Below are positions 1-11,226 of a DNA stretch of 64,000 nucleotides, piece by piece. This stretch comes from Fistulifera solaris (taxonomy: Eukaryota). The DNA is taken from assembly GCA_030295235.1 (NCBI GenBank), contig AP026162.1, positions 992,001 to 1,056,000 on the forward strand, in the 5' to 3' direction. A model generated the notes under the pieces. The model saw only the letters and a program-made list of their open reading frames with translations. It had not been told where the DNA came from and ran no database searches. Position 1 is the first letter of the stretch. Each line of letters begins with the position of its first letter. Both the position numbers and the translations under genes were made by a program.

Positions 1-18
1 ATTTGTTTAGAAGACAAG

Positions 19-387
19 ATGGTCAACCCCATGATTTTTACCAAATGCCAGCACGCATTCTGTTTTTCGTGCTTAGTGCGCTTACAAAGTCTCGGTCGAG
101 GTCCGCATAGCACTGTGAGTGGGACTAAGTGTCCTTATTGCCGTTCGGAGATCCCCGACTTGGTCGAGGAGTCGTCGAAATCGCGCATTTCGGTCTTGGC
201 AGCCCGAGCGGGTCGACGCGATTTGCCCGAAGAAGAGCGTGAAGCCCGTGTGGCAACGGCTTTGGAAGAAATTGAGAAACTGTACAACGCAGGAGATACC
301 GATCTGATGTTCTTTCTAATACCCATGAAAGCGAGACTACTCAGCTTGCGGGGTGACCATCGTGCGGCCGAAAGGTTAACAAGATAG
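19..387 (+). CDS. RING-finger protein fragment (probably partial or truncated)
   Basis: C-x-H-x-F-C-x2-C ... C-P-x-C-R RING-HC motif (CQHAFCFSC...CPYCR). The first Cys pair probably lies at the window edge. The ORF stops just before a repeat array. Confidence 0.55.
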   Translation: MVNPMIFTKCQHAFCFSCLVRLQSLGRGPHSTVSGTKCPYCRSEIPDLVEESSKSRISVLAARAGRRDLPEEEREARVATALEEIEKLYNAGDTDLMFFLIPMKARLLSLRGDHRAAERLTR

Positions 388-419
388 AAAAGGACAACAA
401 CGTTTTATTTATTCTGTCG

Positions 420-630
420 TTCCAGAAAATCTGGAAAATCGGTGTTTGCGATCCTGCTGCTACAGAAATTCTGAGGGCTTTCCAGAAAATAATCTGGAAT
501 GACTTGGTGCTTGCGATCATACAGAAAATGTGTAGTAGTTCCAGAAAATCTGGAAATCATCTGGAATGAATGAATAGGCGTTAGCGATCATACAGAAATT
601 CTGAGGCTGTTCCAGAAAATCTGGAATGAC
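420..630. repeat. Degenerate ~60-70 bp tandem repeat, 4 units, each starting with the inverted repeat TTCCAGA-AAA-TCTGGAA
   Basis: ttccagaaaat recurs at ~420, 481, 539 and 609. gcgatc...acagaaa recurs in the first three units. Confidence 0.85.
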
Positions 631-715
631 CCGCATCATTTGCTGTTTGCAAAATTAGTCCGTATAACAATGTTATCAGAAATAAGTGCACTCATAAAAT
701 AATCAGAACTTCGTC

Positions 716-3700
716 ATGTTTGCTGACGAGCTAGCGGGAAACTCCAGTCGTAAGCGGGCGGAAGAAAACAAAGCTCGAAGATTGAGACTCAAGGCGCAAC
801 AACAGAGAAAGGCGACGAGTGAGAAAAATGTGTCGTCGACACCCGTTCTTGTCGCTGACGAGGCAGTGCCGCTCGCCGAGCCCTCTTCAATCAAACCGTG
901 TTTATCTTCTCTATCGACAGAGCATACTACTTCAGCAGTGGCGAAGAACGTTTCGTCGACACCAGCAGCACCCAAAACAATCACTTCTTCCGCACAACTC
1001 TCAGCTGTCGAGAAAGCTGAACAACAGCGTCAAATTCGAGCCGAAACAACAAAAAGGTTCAAGCTTCGATCGTGATTCAAACATTTTATCGCCGATATAA
1101 CTGTAACGTTGACTTAAGAAAGCACCATGTTGAATTGTTATCCAAACGGACACAAGATATAAGTACGATTCGTGAGATGCTGCTTCAGACAAAGAATATC
1201 AGATATGTACCCCCACCTGCAACCGCGACAGCTATGGTACGGCAGCTTCTTTTTCTCACTACGCGGGTTATTTACGATAACAAGACGAAAATGAGAGTGA
1301 GGGTGAAACGTATTGACTCTTTTCGCCATTTGGATTTGCTCGCCAGTTTGGTGAATAACGTATTGCTGCCAGGGATGTCTAGTGTGGACGAGAAAGTCAA
1401 CCCTATGTTGTCATGGCTTGCAACACAAGAAGGACGAACTCGACTTCAACATCTTTTGCGTGTCGTGATGGTTGCTATTTCGTCAAAAAAGACAAATGGA
1501 AATGTTTTGGATTCACTTCTCCATTTCTTGCAGTCGGTACTAGGACTATCGAAAGATACATCAGCTCCGAAACAGGTTCAAGACTATTGCTGCTCGTTAT
1601 TATTTCCCAACAATTTGCCATTCTATGATTCGTCGCCATCAGACGATCCTCCCTATGCTTTTGAAAACAGCGATCTAGCAATGATTTCAATTGTGCGTTA
1701 CTTCCTACTATTCATATCCGCGGGACCGGACCCCATTCCCCCGGATGCCATGAACGCACGCGAATCATGCATTCCAGAAGCGTCCAGAGAGCAGGGTGGT
1801 GAGCTATTCTTGATTGTTTTACATGCTGTTAATCGTGCTCCTATGTCGAACAGACGTGGGCTCCAGAGCCAGATGGTTACCATGCTGATGACACTACCCC
1901 TCTTTACGTGGAAGGTCTCTAGTGCTGCTTTGAATGTCTTAATACATACAAATGATGCTTCAACAAGAACACCCATGGTTGAACTAATCGAGTCATTCAT
2001 GGAGCATCGGTCGAATGATTTGTCACAAGGTTATGTTAACGCGGTTTTAACGACTCAAGATCTTGTTTTGACAAGATGTCCGGCTACCCCAGCACAATGT
2101 TTGTTGGCGAATGTCGTTCAGTTAGGTCGAATATGCCCGACAACGAGCGGCATTGATACCGACCTGTTTGACTTCAAGTCAACGGCCATTTTATTTTCTA
2201 TGATATCAACACTCGTAGAAGCCATTCCAGTGGGCACTTTCACGGCAAGAGAGTCTTGCGTCGAGTGGATCGACGACGGACATGGTGTTCATAAGCCTGT
2301 TGTTTTGTCTCCGGTTGTTATTGAGCAGTGCAAAGCTCTTTTGGTTGACTCTCACGTGCGCCGAATGTTCACTATAGCAATCGATACCGAAATTTTGAAA
2401 ACGAACGAGGTTTTACAGAAGAAAGATGAGAAGGACCTGAAACTTGAAGATGAAATGATGAAAGAAGGAGCTACATCGGCAGCTGCGCTAGCCGCGAGAG
2501 AAGCCCGAATTGATCGGAGTAAAAGTTTTGGAACTCAAGTAAATGGGCGCGAAAGTTGACCAAAGGCGTTGCAAATCTTCTTGTCAAAGATGGAGATGCA
2601 GGTGCGAAAGAAACCATATTTACCGACAAAATGAGTACAAGTGGGTTGAAAAATATTTCTAGCGAGTCGCGAAGATATGCCGAGGGCAGTCATACTAAAT
2701 ATACAAGAGATCTGTTGTTTTGTCTGACCAGGACTTACGCCATTGTCATCGCGCGATGGGGTGGTGGAGGCAAAAACGATATCGTTCAACGAAAGCAGCT
2801 AGATCGCGCGAAGGGGGAACAAGACGTTGCTACCACTTCGGTAGAGCCCTGTGTGATCAGCCTTTTGAACACACTTTGCTTTGGAACCTCTTTGCTCAAA
2901 GTTCTTTGGGCTATAACACAATCAGATAGTCAAACGGTTGCAGAGTTGCATTCTGTAATTGATCCGGATAAAGGGCGTGTTCCGATTCGCATGCTGCAAA
3001 TCAAGCCAGCTATAAGCAGCGATTCGAGATGTGACGGATGGACACTGCTATTCATGTTTGTTTCCTTGCTTGGTCATGTGCTGATCGTAACTGACGATGT
3101 TGAGCTCTACGATATGGACAAACCGCTTCCCATCCACCAAATTAGACGGTGCATTCAACTGCTGAAGAAACTCCTCTATCGAGCATGTTGCCTCGACGAC
3201 TTGTCTGTTGCGCAAAATTCTACATTCTTTGGCCTTGCTTTGATTACCGCGTCATCGAAAGCGATGAAAGATTTGTACGATCGCTCTAGTCGACGACCCC
3301 TCTGTACACCCAAGCTTTGGATAGTCTCTGATTTGATGGAAAGCGAGATCCGAAGTTGCAAACGGCATGGAGACTTTTCGAGTCTACTTAATCTCCCTGT
3401 TCTGCGAATATGCCCCTTTCTTGTTTCTTTCAAGCGCCGACTGAAATTGTTCGAATGTATTATTACCACTAGTCGGATTGAGATACAAGGCGTGAACGAT
3501 GTAAACCCTTTCAACACGAACCCTTTGAAAAAAGGCATACCTGTCCGCATTACCCGGGGGCGGATCCTCGAGGATGGCCTTGCCACCATGAACAACTTAG
3601 GATCTAACATGCGCCAACGTATCGTCGTGAATTATTACAACGAAGCGGGAGTTCGAGAAACTGGAGTTGACGCAGGCGGTCTCTTTAAAGAATTTTGGAC

Positions 3701-4635
3701 CGACCTATGTGCGATCGCTTTTGACCCAAATTACGCTCTCTTTCGTGTCACAGATGGTGCTGGCGATTGTATGTACCCTAATCCGTCATCCGCAGCTGCT
3801 CATGGTTCGGATCACATAACTCTTTTGAATTCCTTGGCCGCATACTCGGGAAAGCTCTTTTGAAGGAATCACGATACATCCTCGATTTGCGCACTTTTTT
3901 CTGAGCTTTCTTCGCGGAGACTACAATTATTTACACATGCTACCAGATTTAAGCACCGTCGATCCTCAACTGTACAACAATTTAATGTTCCTGAAGACGT
4001 ACGATGGCGACGCCAGAGACCTTTGTCTATCTTTTACCGTTACCACGGATGACTTTGGCGGTACGAAAGAAATTCCGTTGGTTCCGAAGGGTGATTCCCT
4101 AGAGGTGACTAACGCGAATAAATTACGATACATTGGTCTAGTTGCCAAGTATTATGTCGTGGATCGAGTGAAGGAGCAAAGTGAAGCGTTCACTCGCGGG
4201 TTGTGGGAAGTGATTGATCGTTCGTGGTTGCGAATCTTCAACGAGCCTGAGTTACAGGTGTTAATTAGCGGAGCATCGGACGGCAAACTGGATGTAGAAG
4301 ATATGAAAGCCAATACACGATACGTTGGAGGTTTTACCGGGCTCGATCGTACAGTGGCGAGATTCTGGAATGTTGTTGCTCGATTTGACAGCAAACAGCA
4401 GGCAGATCTGTTGCGATTTGTGACAAGCTGCGAACGACCTCCTCCTTTGGGTTTTGGGAGCATGAATCCTCCCTTTACTATCCAGCGCGTCGGCATATTG
4501 CGAGACGGTGATAAACTCCCAACAGCGTCTACATGTTTCAACATTCTGAAACTCCCTACATACAGCAGCGAGAAAGTCCTCCGTGATCGACTTTTACTGG
4601 CAATTCAGTCTGGAGCTGGATTCGAATTGGCGTAG
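716..4635 (+). CDS. HECT-domain E3 ubiquitin ligase (UBE3B/C, UPL6/7-like), split by several frameshifts
   Basis: Consecutive overlapping ORFs 716-1075, 1072-2559, 2556-3863 and 3937-4635. HECT motifs: ETGVDAGGLFKEF, LLRFVTSCERPPPLGF, LPTASTCFNILKLP (catalytic Cys), C-terminal GFELA. Confidence 0.9.
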
Positions 4636-4719
4636 TACATGTATTCAGTATAATGTAGCTTCAAATGTAACCTAAGTTGGCGTTAATGCACTTCCTTTTA
4701 GTTCTAAAAAGTGATGAAG

Positions 4720-5374
4720 TTATAGTTCAGGGCTGCTGGCAGGAGTCAATTGATCAAGAATGTGAATTCGTTCTTGAAGCCAAGCTACAAGAAAACATTG
4801 AGCAAAATATGAGACAGAGTAAGAAAACAAAGTACAAAAGCAACGCCAGAACTCACATTTCAATGCCTTTTCCATAGGCTTGCCTTGCATACTGATCAGG
4901 CGCTGCAACTCCTTCGATACGGCATCTACATCCTTGCCTTTCCATTTGGCAACATACTCACGCGCCTTCTCATCACATGTTTTTCTCGGTATCGTCGACA
5001 TCACATTTCGCAGCGAGCTCCACGTCGACGTACGCCATCAAGTGATCAAAGGAACGTTGACCGGAGTATTTCTCTTCCTCACCGTTCTTGTATACTTTGA
5101 TTGTTGGATATCCCGTAACACCATTCTCCTTACAAAGGTTTTCTTCTTCTCCACAGTTCACATCTGCGATGAAGACAGAGCTGTGAGCCTCTTCCGCCAA
5201 CCGATCCCAGTCGGTTTCATCTTGGTGCAGTGACCGCACCACGACTGATAAAATTTGATCATCCCATTTTTCCCCGACGACACGAGTTCATAAAAGGCTT
5301 TTCTCGTCCAGCTGTTGCGTACCCACAGCAATTTGAATGTAAAGTGTTACACTAATAAGGGAAAGGAACTTCAT
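4720..5374 (-). CDS. Secretory thioredoxin/PDI-like protein with WCGHC active site (frameshifted)
   Basis: Manual minus-strand read from ATG 5374 gives signal-like MKFLSLISVTLYIQIAVG, then KFYQSWCGHCTKMK, and ADVNC...GYPTIKVY...YSGQRS. Indels occur near 5300, 5213 and ~4980. Confidence 0.8.
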
Positions 5375-5586
5375 CTTGATCATTTCAACCGAATAGCAGG
5401 TGTCTCTTTATTAGTGATAATAAGCAAGACGCCATTTCGGTTTTTGCGCGTCGCGATCGCCGTTTTCCGCGATAAAACGCAGCGAGCAAAAAAATAGTTT
5501 GAGTCGTCTACATTTTGTTCAACTGTTCGAGTACCACTCGACACTGACCGGTATTGCCCAAGATCTTTTTCCTTTGTTTTTCGCCG

Positions 5587-5738
5587 TGTTGTTTGCCAGT
5601 TTCTGTACGTCAACCGACCAACCCGTAACCCTCTCGGATCACGGCATCCACCAGTATTCGGAGCGACCATTTGATAGCAACCTCGTAGCTCATAATAATT
5701 GAGATCACCTTATCATCATCTAGAGGTTACCATCAATA
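5587..5738 (+). repeat. 5' LTR (152 bp, TGTTG...CAATA)
   Basis: Direct repeat identical by eye to 10953-11104 and preceded by the TSD. Confidence 0.95.
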
Positions 5739-5750
5739 GATCTCAATTAT
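5739..5750 (+). promoter_or_regulatory. Putative self-priming primer-binding site GATCTCAATTAT
   Basis: Abuts the 5' LTR. It is the exact reverse complement of LTR 5695-5706 (ATAATTGAGATC). No TGG tRNA-type PBS start is present. Confidence 0.75.
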
Positions 5751-5839
5751 CTTTTTTCTTTCCTTTATCTTTCGCGAATTGATTCACCGACAACAGTCGT
5801 CAATCTGTGACTTGTGGCGTCGTTGTTGCCACTAGTGCA

Positions 5840-6924
5840 ATGTCCACCATCGACCCCAATTTCCCCCAGTTTCCCAACAGGGCTCTGGATGTCATCCCCG
5901 GACGCCCCACTTCATATACTTTGCGCATCCTGAAACGGCAAGTGTATGCAAATGCTGGTGCTATCCGTTCCGTACGTGGTGGTGGGGCCCATGGTCATTT
6001 GGGCGTTGCCATGCCCGGCCGAATATTTTGGCGTTGACCAATCAGCATTTCATCCCACCCCCTAACCCCGGATTGCCTCCGGTGCCCCAACAGGGGGACA
6101 CGAATTATGTTCTTACCGCCACGCGACAAGCTTACGATGCTGCGGTGGCGGAATTCAATACGTACACTGCTCTTATTGCCACTCTCCGCGCGCAAATTTT
6201 GGCCGCTGTGGAACCAATCTACCGTGAGGAACTCCTTGATCCGCTCCATGAGTACAATCTTGTGAGCATTTGCGATTTTCTGGCATTTTTGGATAATCAG
6301 TACGGTCAGATGACGGCCTTGGATTACGAAAACAATCGTGAACAGCTTTCCAATCAATGGGATCCCTCTAACCCTATTGAGCATTTATGGGCGACATTGC
6401 CAAAATCAAGGCCATTGATCCTAACATTACGGACGCAACGGTTATCCTCAAAACTCAGGACGCGTTGGCCAAATCTGGAGTATTCCATTACCACTTGCAG
6501 ACTTGGCGCGATAAACCGGCGGCTGAGCAGACGTGGGCGAATTTCAAGGATCATTTCACGCGCGGATTCTGATCGTAAACACAACCTTACCACTCAGGCG
6601 GCAGGCTTTCACAGTGCACACATGGCTGCCACATTCGCCAATCCCATTGCAGCAGCCGCGGGTAAAAATCCACCGTCTTCTGGCACACCGATCCCCACGG
6701 CTGGATTGGAACTCTTCTATTGTTGGTCCCACGGACTCAACCTGACCCACAACGGAGACGCATGCAAGAACCCGGAACCTGGCCACCATGCCGATGCGAC
6801 TGCGGCCAATCGCAAGGGCGGAAGTGAAAAGTTGCGCTTTGGAAAATCCGGCAAACCGAGCCGTAATGGTCGTCGCAACAATCCTTTGGCCAACTCGGCC
6901 GCTGCCCCTGAGCCTTCCGAATAG
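5840..6924 (+). CDS. gag: Retrotransposon Gag (frameshifted)
   Basis: ATG at 5840. GGAHGHLG motif, WDPSNPIE, and CoDi-type knuckle YCWSHG...H...C...NRKGGS. Ends at TAG 6922-6924. Confidence 0.85.
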
Positions 6925-9900
6925 GGACGAGGGGAGCCTGAGCCAATTTGTCAGAACGATGTTAAGTTTAACACCACGTTAACTTCTCCGCCGTCTGTTT
7001 CTAATTCTAGCCCAGGTCCCCCCGCTCATCTCATTGCTGACTCAGGTAGTACCGGCAATTACGTCAGCAGTAATTTTCCGTCCTGAATATTGTCCCCACC
7101 AACAACCCTATTCACATTACCATTCCCGACGGATCAACCCTTACCTCTACCCACGAAGGCATCTTAGACTTCCCCGGGTTGGCGCCGGCAGCTCGCCATG
7201 TCCACATTTTCCCGGAACTCCACCAGTGTTCTCTTCTTTCCATTGGTCAACTGTGCGAGTCGCGGGATATCATGTACGGTTTGATGCCACGACCATGGCC
7301 GTCCACGACAGTCTTGACAACATTGTCCTCACTGGTCACCGCGATCGTGGTACCGGCTTATGGCATGTTCCAATTCCGCCTATTCCAGTCCCGCATGCCT
7401 CTATGCCAACACCGGGGCCTCCGCCTCAGCCCATGGCCGCCCGTGCAATTGGTGCACCCGCCCACGGCTGAACTGGTAGCTTTTGCTCATGCCTCTTTGT
7501 TCTCACCGGCATTATCAACACTGGAAGCCGCACTTTTGCGGGGCTTTCTTACCAACTTCCCGGGTCTCACGCTTGCCAGTCTCCGGAAGTATCCACCGCG
7601 CAGTCTCGCGAATGCACAAGGGGCACATGGATCAAATTCGAAAAAATCTGAGGTCCACTAAGCACCTACCCGGCCCTCCTACTGATGCACTATTGTTTCC
7701 CGGCGACACAGAGCTTGAGGATCAACAACCACAACAGTTGGCGGCACGCACAAATTTTTGCTACATCAGCATTATTGAACCTACAGGTCAAATCTATACC
7801 GATCAGACCGGCAAATTCATCACGCCGTCTACAACTGGTAATAATTATCTCATGGTTCTTTATGATTACGACAGCAATTCTATCTGGGCACAGCCATACC
7901 CTACTAAAACAAGTGCCAGTCTTGTGACCGCCTACAAAAAGCTCCATAATCGTCTTGTCCGTGGAGGCCTACGACCTCTGCAACGCTTAGATAATGAGGC
8001 TTCCCATGAGTTAAAAGAGTTCATGACGGATGAAGGAATTGATTACCAGCTTGTCCCGCCCGGCAGTCCATCGCCGCTTAATGCTGCCGAACGTGCTATC
8101 CGCACCTTTGCCAATCATTTCATTGCGGGTTTATGCAGTACCGATGTCAACTTTCCCTTGCATCTGTGGGATCAACTTATCCCACAAGCCGAAATCACGT
8201 TAAATTTGATGCGTGGTTCCCGAATCAACCCAAATCTATCTGCCTTCAGCGCAACTCAATGGCACCTTTGACTTTAACCGTCACCCACTTGGACCACCCG
8301 GCACCTTTGTCCTTGCCCATGAAAAACCAAGTAACCGCACTACTTGGTCGCCTCATGCCTTGGAAGCCTGGTATGTTGGTCCTGCTCTTGAATCCTATCG
8401 GTGCTACAGAGTGTGGATTATTGATACACGCGACACTCGCATTTGCGATACACTCGAGTGGTTCCCGCAACATGTCAAAATTCCAGCCAGTTCGTCCACC
8501 GACCTCATCTATTCTGCACTACAAGATATCCTGTATGCTTTGCAAAATCCGTCACCGGCATCCCCTCTTGCCCCACGCACAGATAGTCAAACACAGGCAC
8601 TCCAGGATGTTGTCACTTTGCTCACGACCATATGTACGGATGAGGATGCCGCACTTCCCAACGTGACTTCGATTCCGGCAATTGCGCCCACTTCCAAGGG
8701 TGGTGCCCAAAACGGTCCCCGACATCGCTCCACTTCCAAGGGTGGAGCCAAGAAAGGTGCATTTTGACCCCAACATACCATCCAGCGATCGCACAACCAC
8801 TCAACTTTATCGTGAATTCCAACAGCCGGCGATCTCCAGACCGCCCTGTGCCTCCCGGAGCAAACCCGACAGAGCCTGTTATGCCCACCACCTACCGTGA
8901 ATTAACTGGGCCTGTGGGCCGCCGCAATCGGCGCACTCAACGCCGCGCTCAACACAAGAAAGCTACTGCTGGTCCACACCTCATGGCCGGTGTCCCGCGT
9001 CGTTCTGGCCGTCGCCCAAACCTAAAGTTCCCTTTGCCGCTCCTGCTGTTGCCGCTACCGCACCTACGACACCCTCTATCACTCTCCCTTTGTTTGCGTT
9101 TTCATGGTACCGCGTTAAATCCCGACACCGGACGTGTAGCTGAATACCGTGAGCTCAGCCAATGTACCACCGGTCCCCTCTGGCAAAAAAGCAAATTGTG
9201 ATGAAATTGGACGCCTTTTTCAGGGCCTCGGACCGTCCTCCAAAATGCCCACTGGCACGGGATACATGCCACTTCATCTACCATCACGAGGTCCCTGAGG
9301 GTAAAACTGTCACCCACGTCCAAAGTCGTTTTGCGCTGATCGACCGGAAAAGGCCGATCCGAACGTGTTCGATGGACTGCGGGCGGTGATCGGATCCAGT
9401 ACCTTGGCGATGTTAGCACCCAAACGGCCGATGTCATTACGGTCAAAGTCCTTATCAACAGTGTTCTCAGTACTCAATGCTCAAGCAATGTCCATGGACC
9501 TCAAAGACTTTTACCTCACGGGCGAATCTTGACGAGTATGAATATATTCGGGTTCCGGTTTACCTCATTCCGACTTCATCATCGACTTGTATCAACTTCA
9601 CGACAAAATTCACAATGGTTTTCTTTATGTCGAGGGTCCGCTTAAAGGCATGTACGGCCTCCCACAGGCCGGCAAACTCGCACATGACCGGCTCCGTAAA
9701 TATCTTGCTCCCCACGGCTATGTTCCATGCACCCACACCCACGGACTTTGGCGCCACACAACATCCAATTTACTTTTTACTCTGGTCGTGGATGATTTCT
9801 TTGTTAAATACACAGAGCGCCAACAAGCGGAAAACTTACTTCAACTTCTCCAGCAATATTATGTTGTGAAAACCGATTGGTCGGCCAGTCGACACGTCGG

Positions 9901-11068
9901 TCTCACAATCAATTGGGACTATGACAATCGCGACGGCTGATATATCCATGCCCGGCTACGTCGAACGTGCTCTATCCCGCTTTGAACACCCAACGCCCGG
10001 CTAAACCAGAACATTCTCCTCACGCCTGGACGGCACCGATTTACGGATCACGTCAACAATACGCCCCAAACGTTTGACGATGCCCCACAAGTTAGCCCTG
10101 CTGTCACCACTCGAATCCAGGAAATTTTGGGAACATTGTTGTATTATGCCCGCGCGGTTGATTGTTCTTTACTTCCGGCCATCGGCACTCTCGCTACTCA
10201 ACAAGCCCACGCCACCGAACACACTGTTGAAGCTATCACGCAATTGCTCAATTATTGTGCCACACACCCCGATGCTACCGTCCGGCCTTCTGATATGATC
10301 TTGCACATTGAAAGTGATGCTTCCTATCTTTCTGAAACAAAGGCTCGCTCACGGGCAGCCGGCTACCACTATCTCAGCTCCACTCCAAGCACCAGTGACA
10401 CGCCGCCGCCTTTCAATGGACCCATTGCCGTGCATTCCACCATCCTGAAAGAAGTTGTATCCAGTGCTGCTGAAGCTGAACTTGCGGCTTTATTTTACAA
10501 CGGAAAGGAAGCCTGTCCGATTCGCACTGCACTTGAAGAAATGAATCACCCTCAGCCCGCCACGCCCATTGTCACCGACAATAGCACCGCCAGTGGAATT
10601 GCAAACGATACTGTTAAACAAAAACGCTCCAAAGCAATGGATATGCGTTTTTATTGGATTCGCGATCGTGTTCGACAAGGCCAGTTCCACATTTATTGGC
10701 AAAGAGGCGAAACAAACAAAGCAGATTATTTCACCAAGCATCACTCGCGCAAATATCATCAGCAAATGCGCCCCGTTTATTTTGTGGATCCACCGGAGCG
10801 CTCGAATTATTATGCGTGCCTAGCGCATGAAACTGAAGATGAAAATCCCCGTGCTTTTCATCGCGATGAAAATGAAAAACGAAAAAATCGGCACGACTCA
10901 GCATCTTACGGGACTGCGTCTCTCTTCGCTCCTCCTACTGCTGGCAAGGGTGTGTTGTTTGCCAGTTTCTGTACGTCAACCGACCAACCCGTAACCCTCT
11001 CGGATCACGGCATCCACCAGTATTCGGAGCGACCATTTGATAGCAACCTCGTAGCTCATAATAATTGA
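6925..11068 (+). CDS. pol: Retrotransposon Pol (PR-IN-RT-RH), many frameshifts; in frame with gag beyond TAG
   Basis: The gag frame continues GRGEPEP...HLIADSGSTGNYV after the TAG. IN, RT and RH motifs follow in successive ORFs. The last ORF ends at TGA 11066-11068 inside the 3' LTR. Confidence 0.85.
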
Positions 11069-11104
11069 GATCACCTTATCATCATCTAGAGGTTACCATC
11101 AATA
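10953..11104 (+). repeat. 3' LTR (152 bp)
   Basis: Identical to the 5' LTR. Preceded by the short purine-rich tract GGCAAGGGTG (PPT candidate) and followed by the TSD CGCCG. Confidence 0.95.
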
Positions 11105-11226
11105 CGCCGCGCCTCATTTTTGTTCTCCACCACAACAAACAATGCTCGAATGCACTACGTTTCTTTCACACTCCCCATTAAAGTCTTTATCCAAGATTTG
11201 TCTGCTTTCTAAAGTCCCAAGAGTAA

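Larger units (their letters stand above)
5587..11104 (+). mobile_element. Full-length Ty1/copia LTR retrotransposon, diatom CoDi-like
   Basis: Identical 152-bp LTRs. 5-bp TSD CGCCG at 5582-5586 and 11105-11109. Domain order is gag, protease (IADSGST), integrase (IYTDQTG, RLDNE, NAAERAIRTF), RT (KGMYGLPQAG, LVVDDF), RNase H (SDASY, SSAAEAE, TDNSTA, ADYFTK). Confidence 0.97.

Noticed and set aside
5499..5702. 67-aa ORF identical to the Pol C-terminus
   Set aside because: It is a by-product of the 5' LTR duplicating the sequence that ends pol; not an independent gene.
8688..8745. 16-bp direct repeat CCACTTCCAAGGGTGG
   Set aside because: It encodes a repeated PLPRV linker motif between integrase and RT; an ordinary low-complexity linker.
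7080..10130. Programmed frameshifting within pol
   Set aside because: The shifts are numerous, fall inside conserved domains and match the window-wide indel error pattern.
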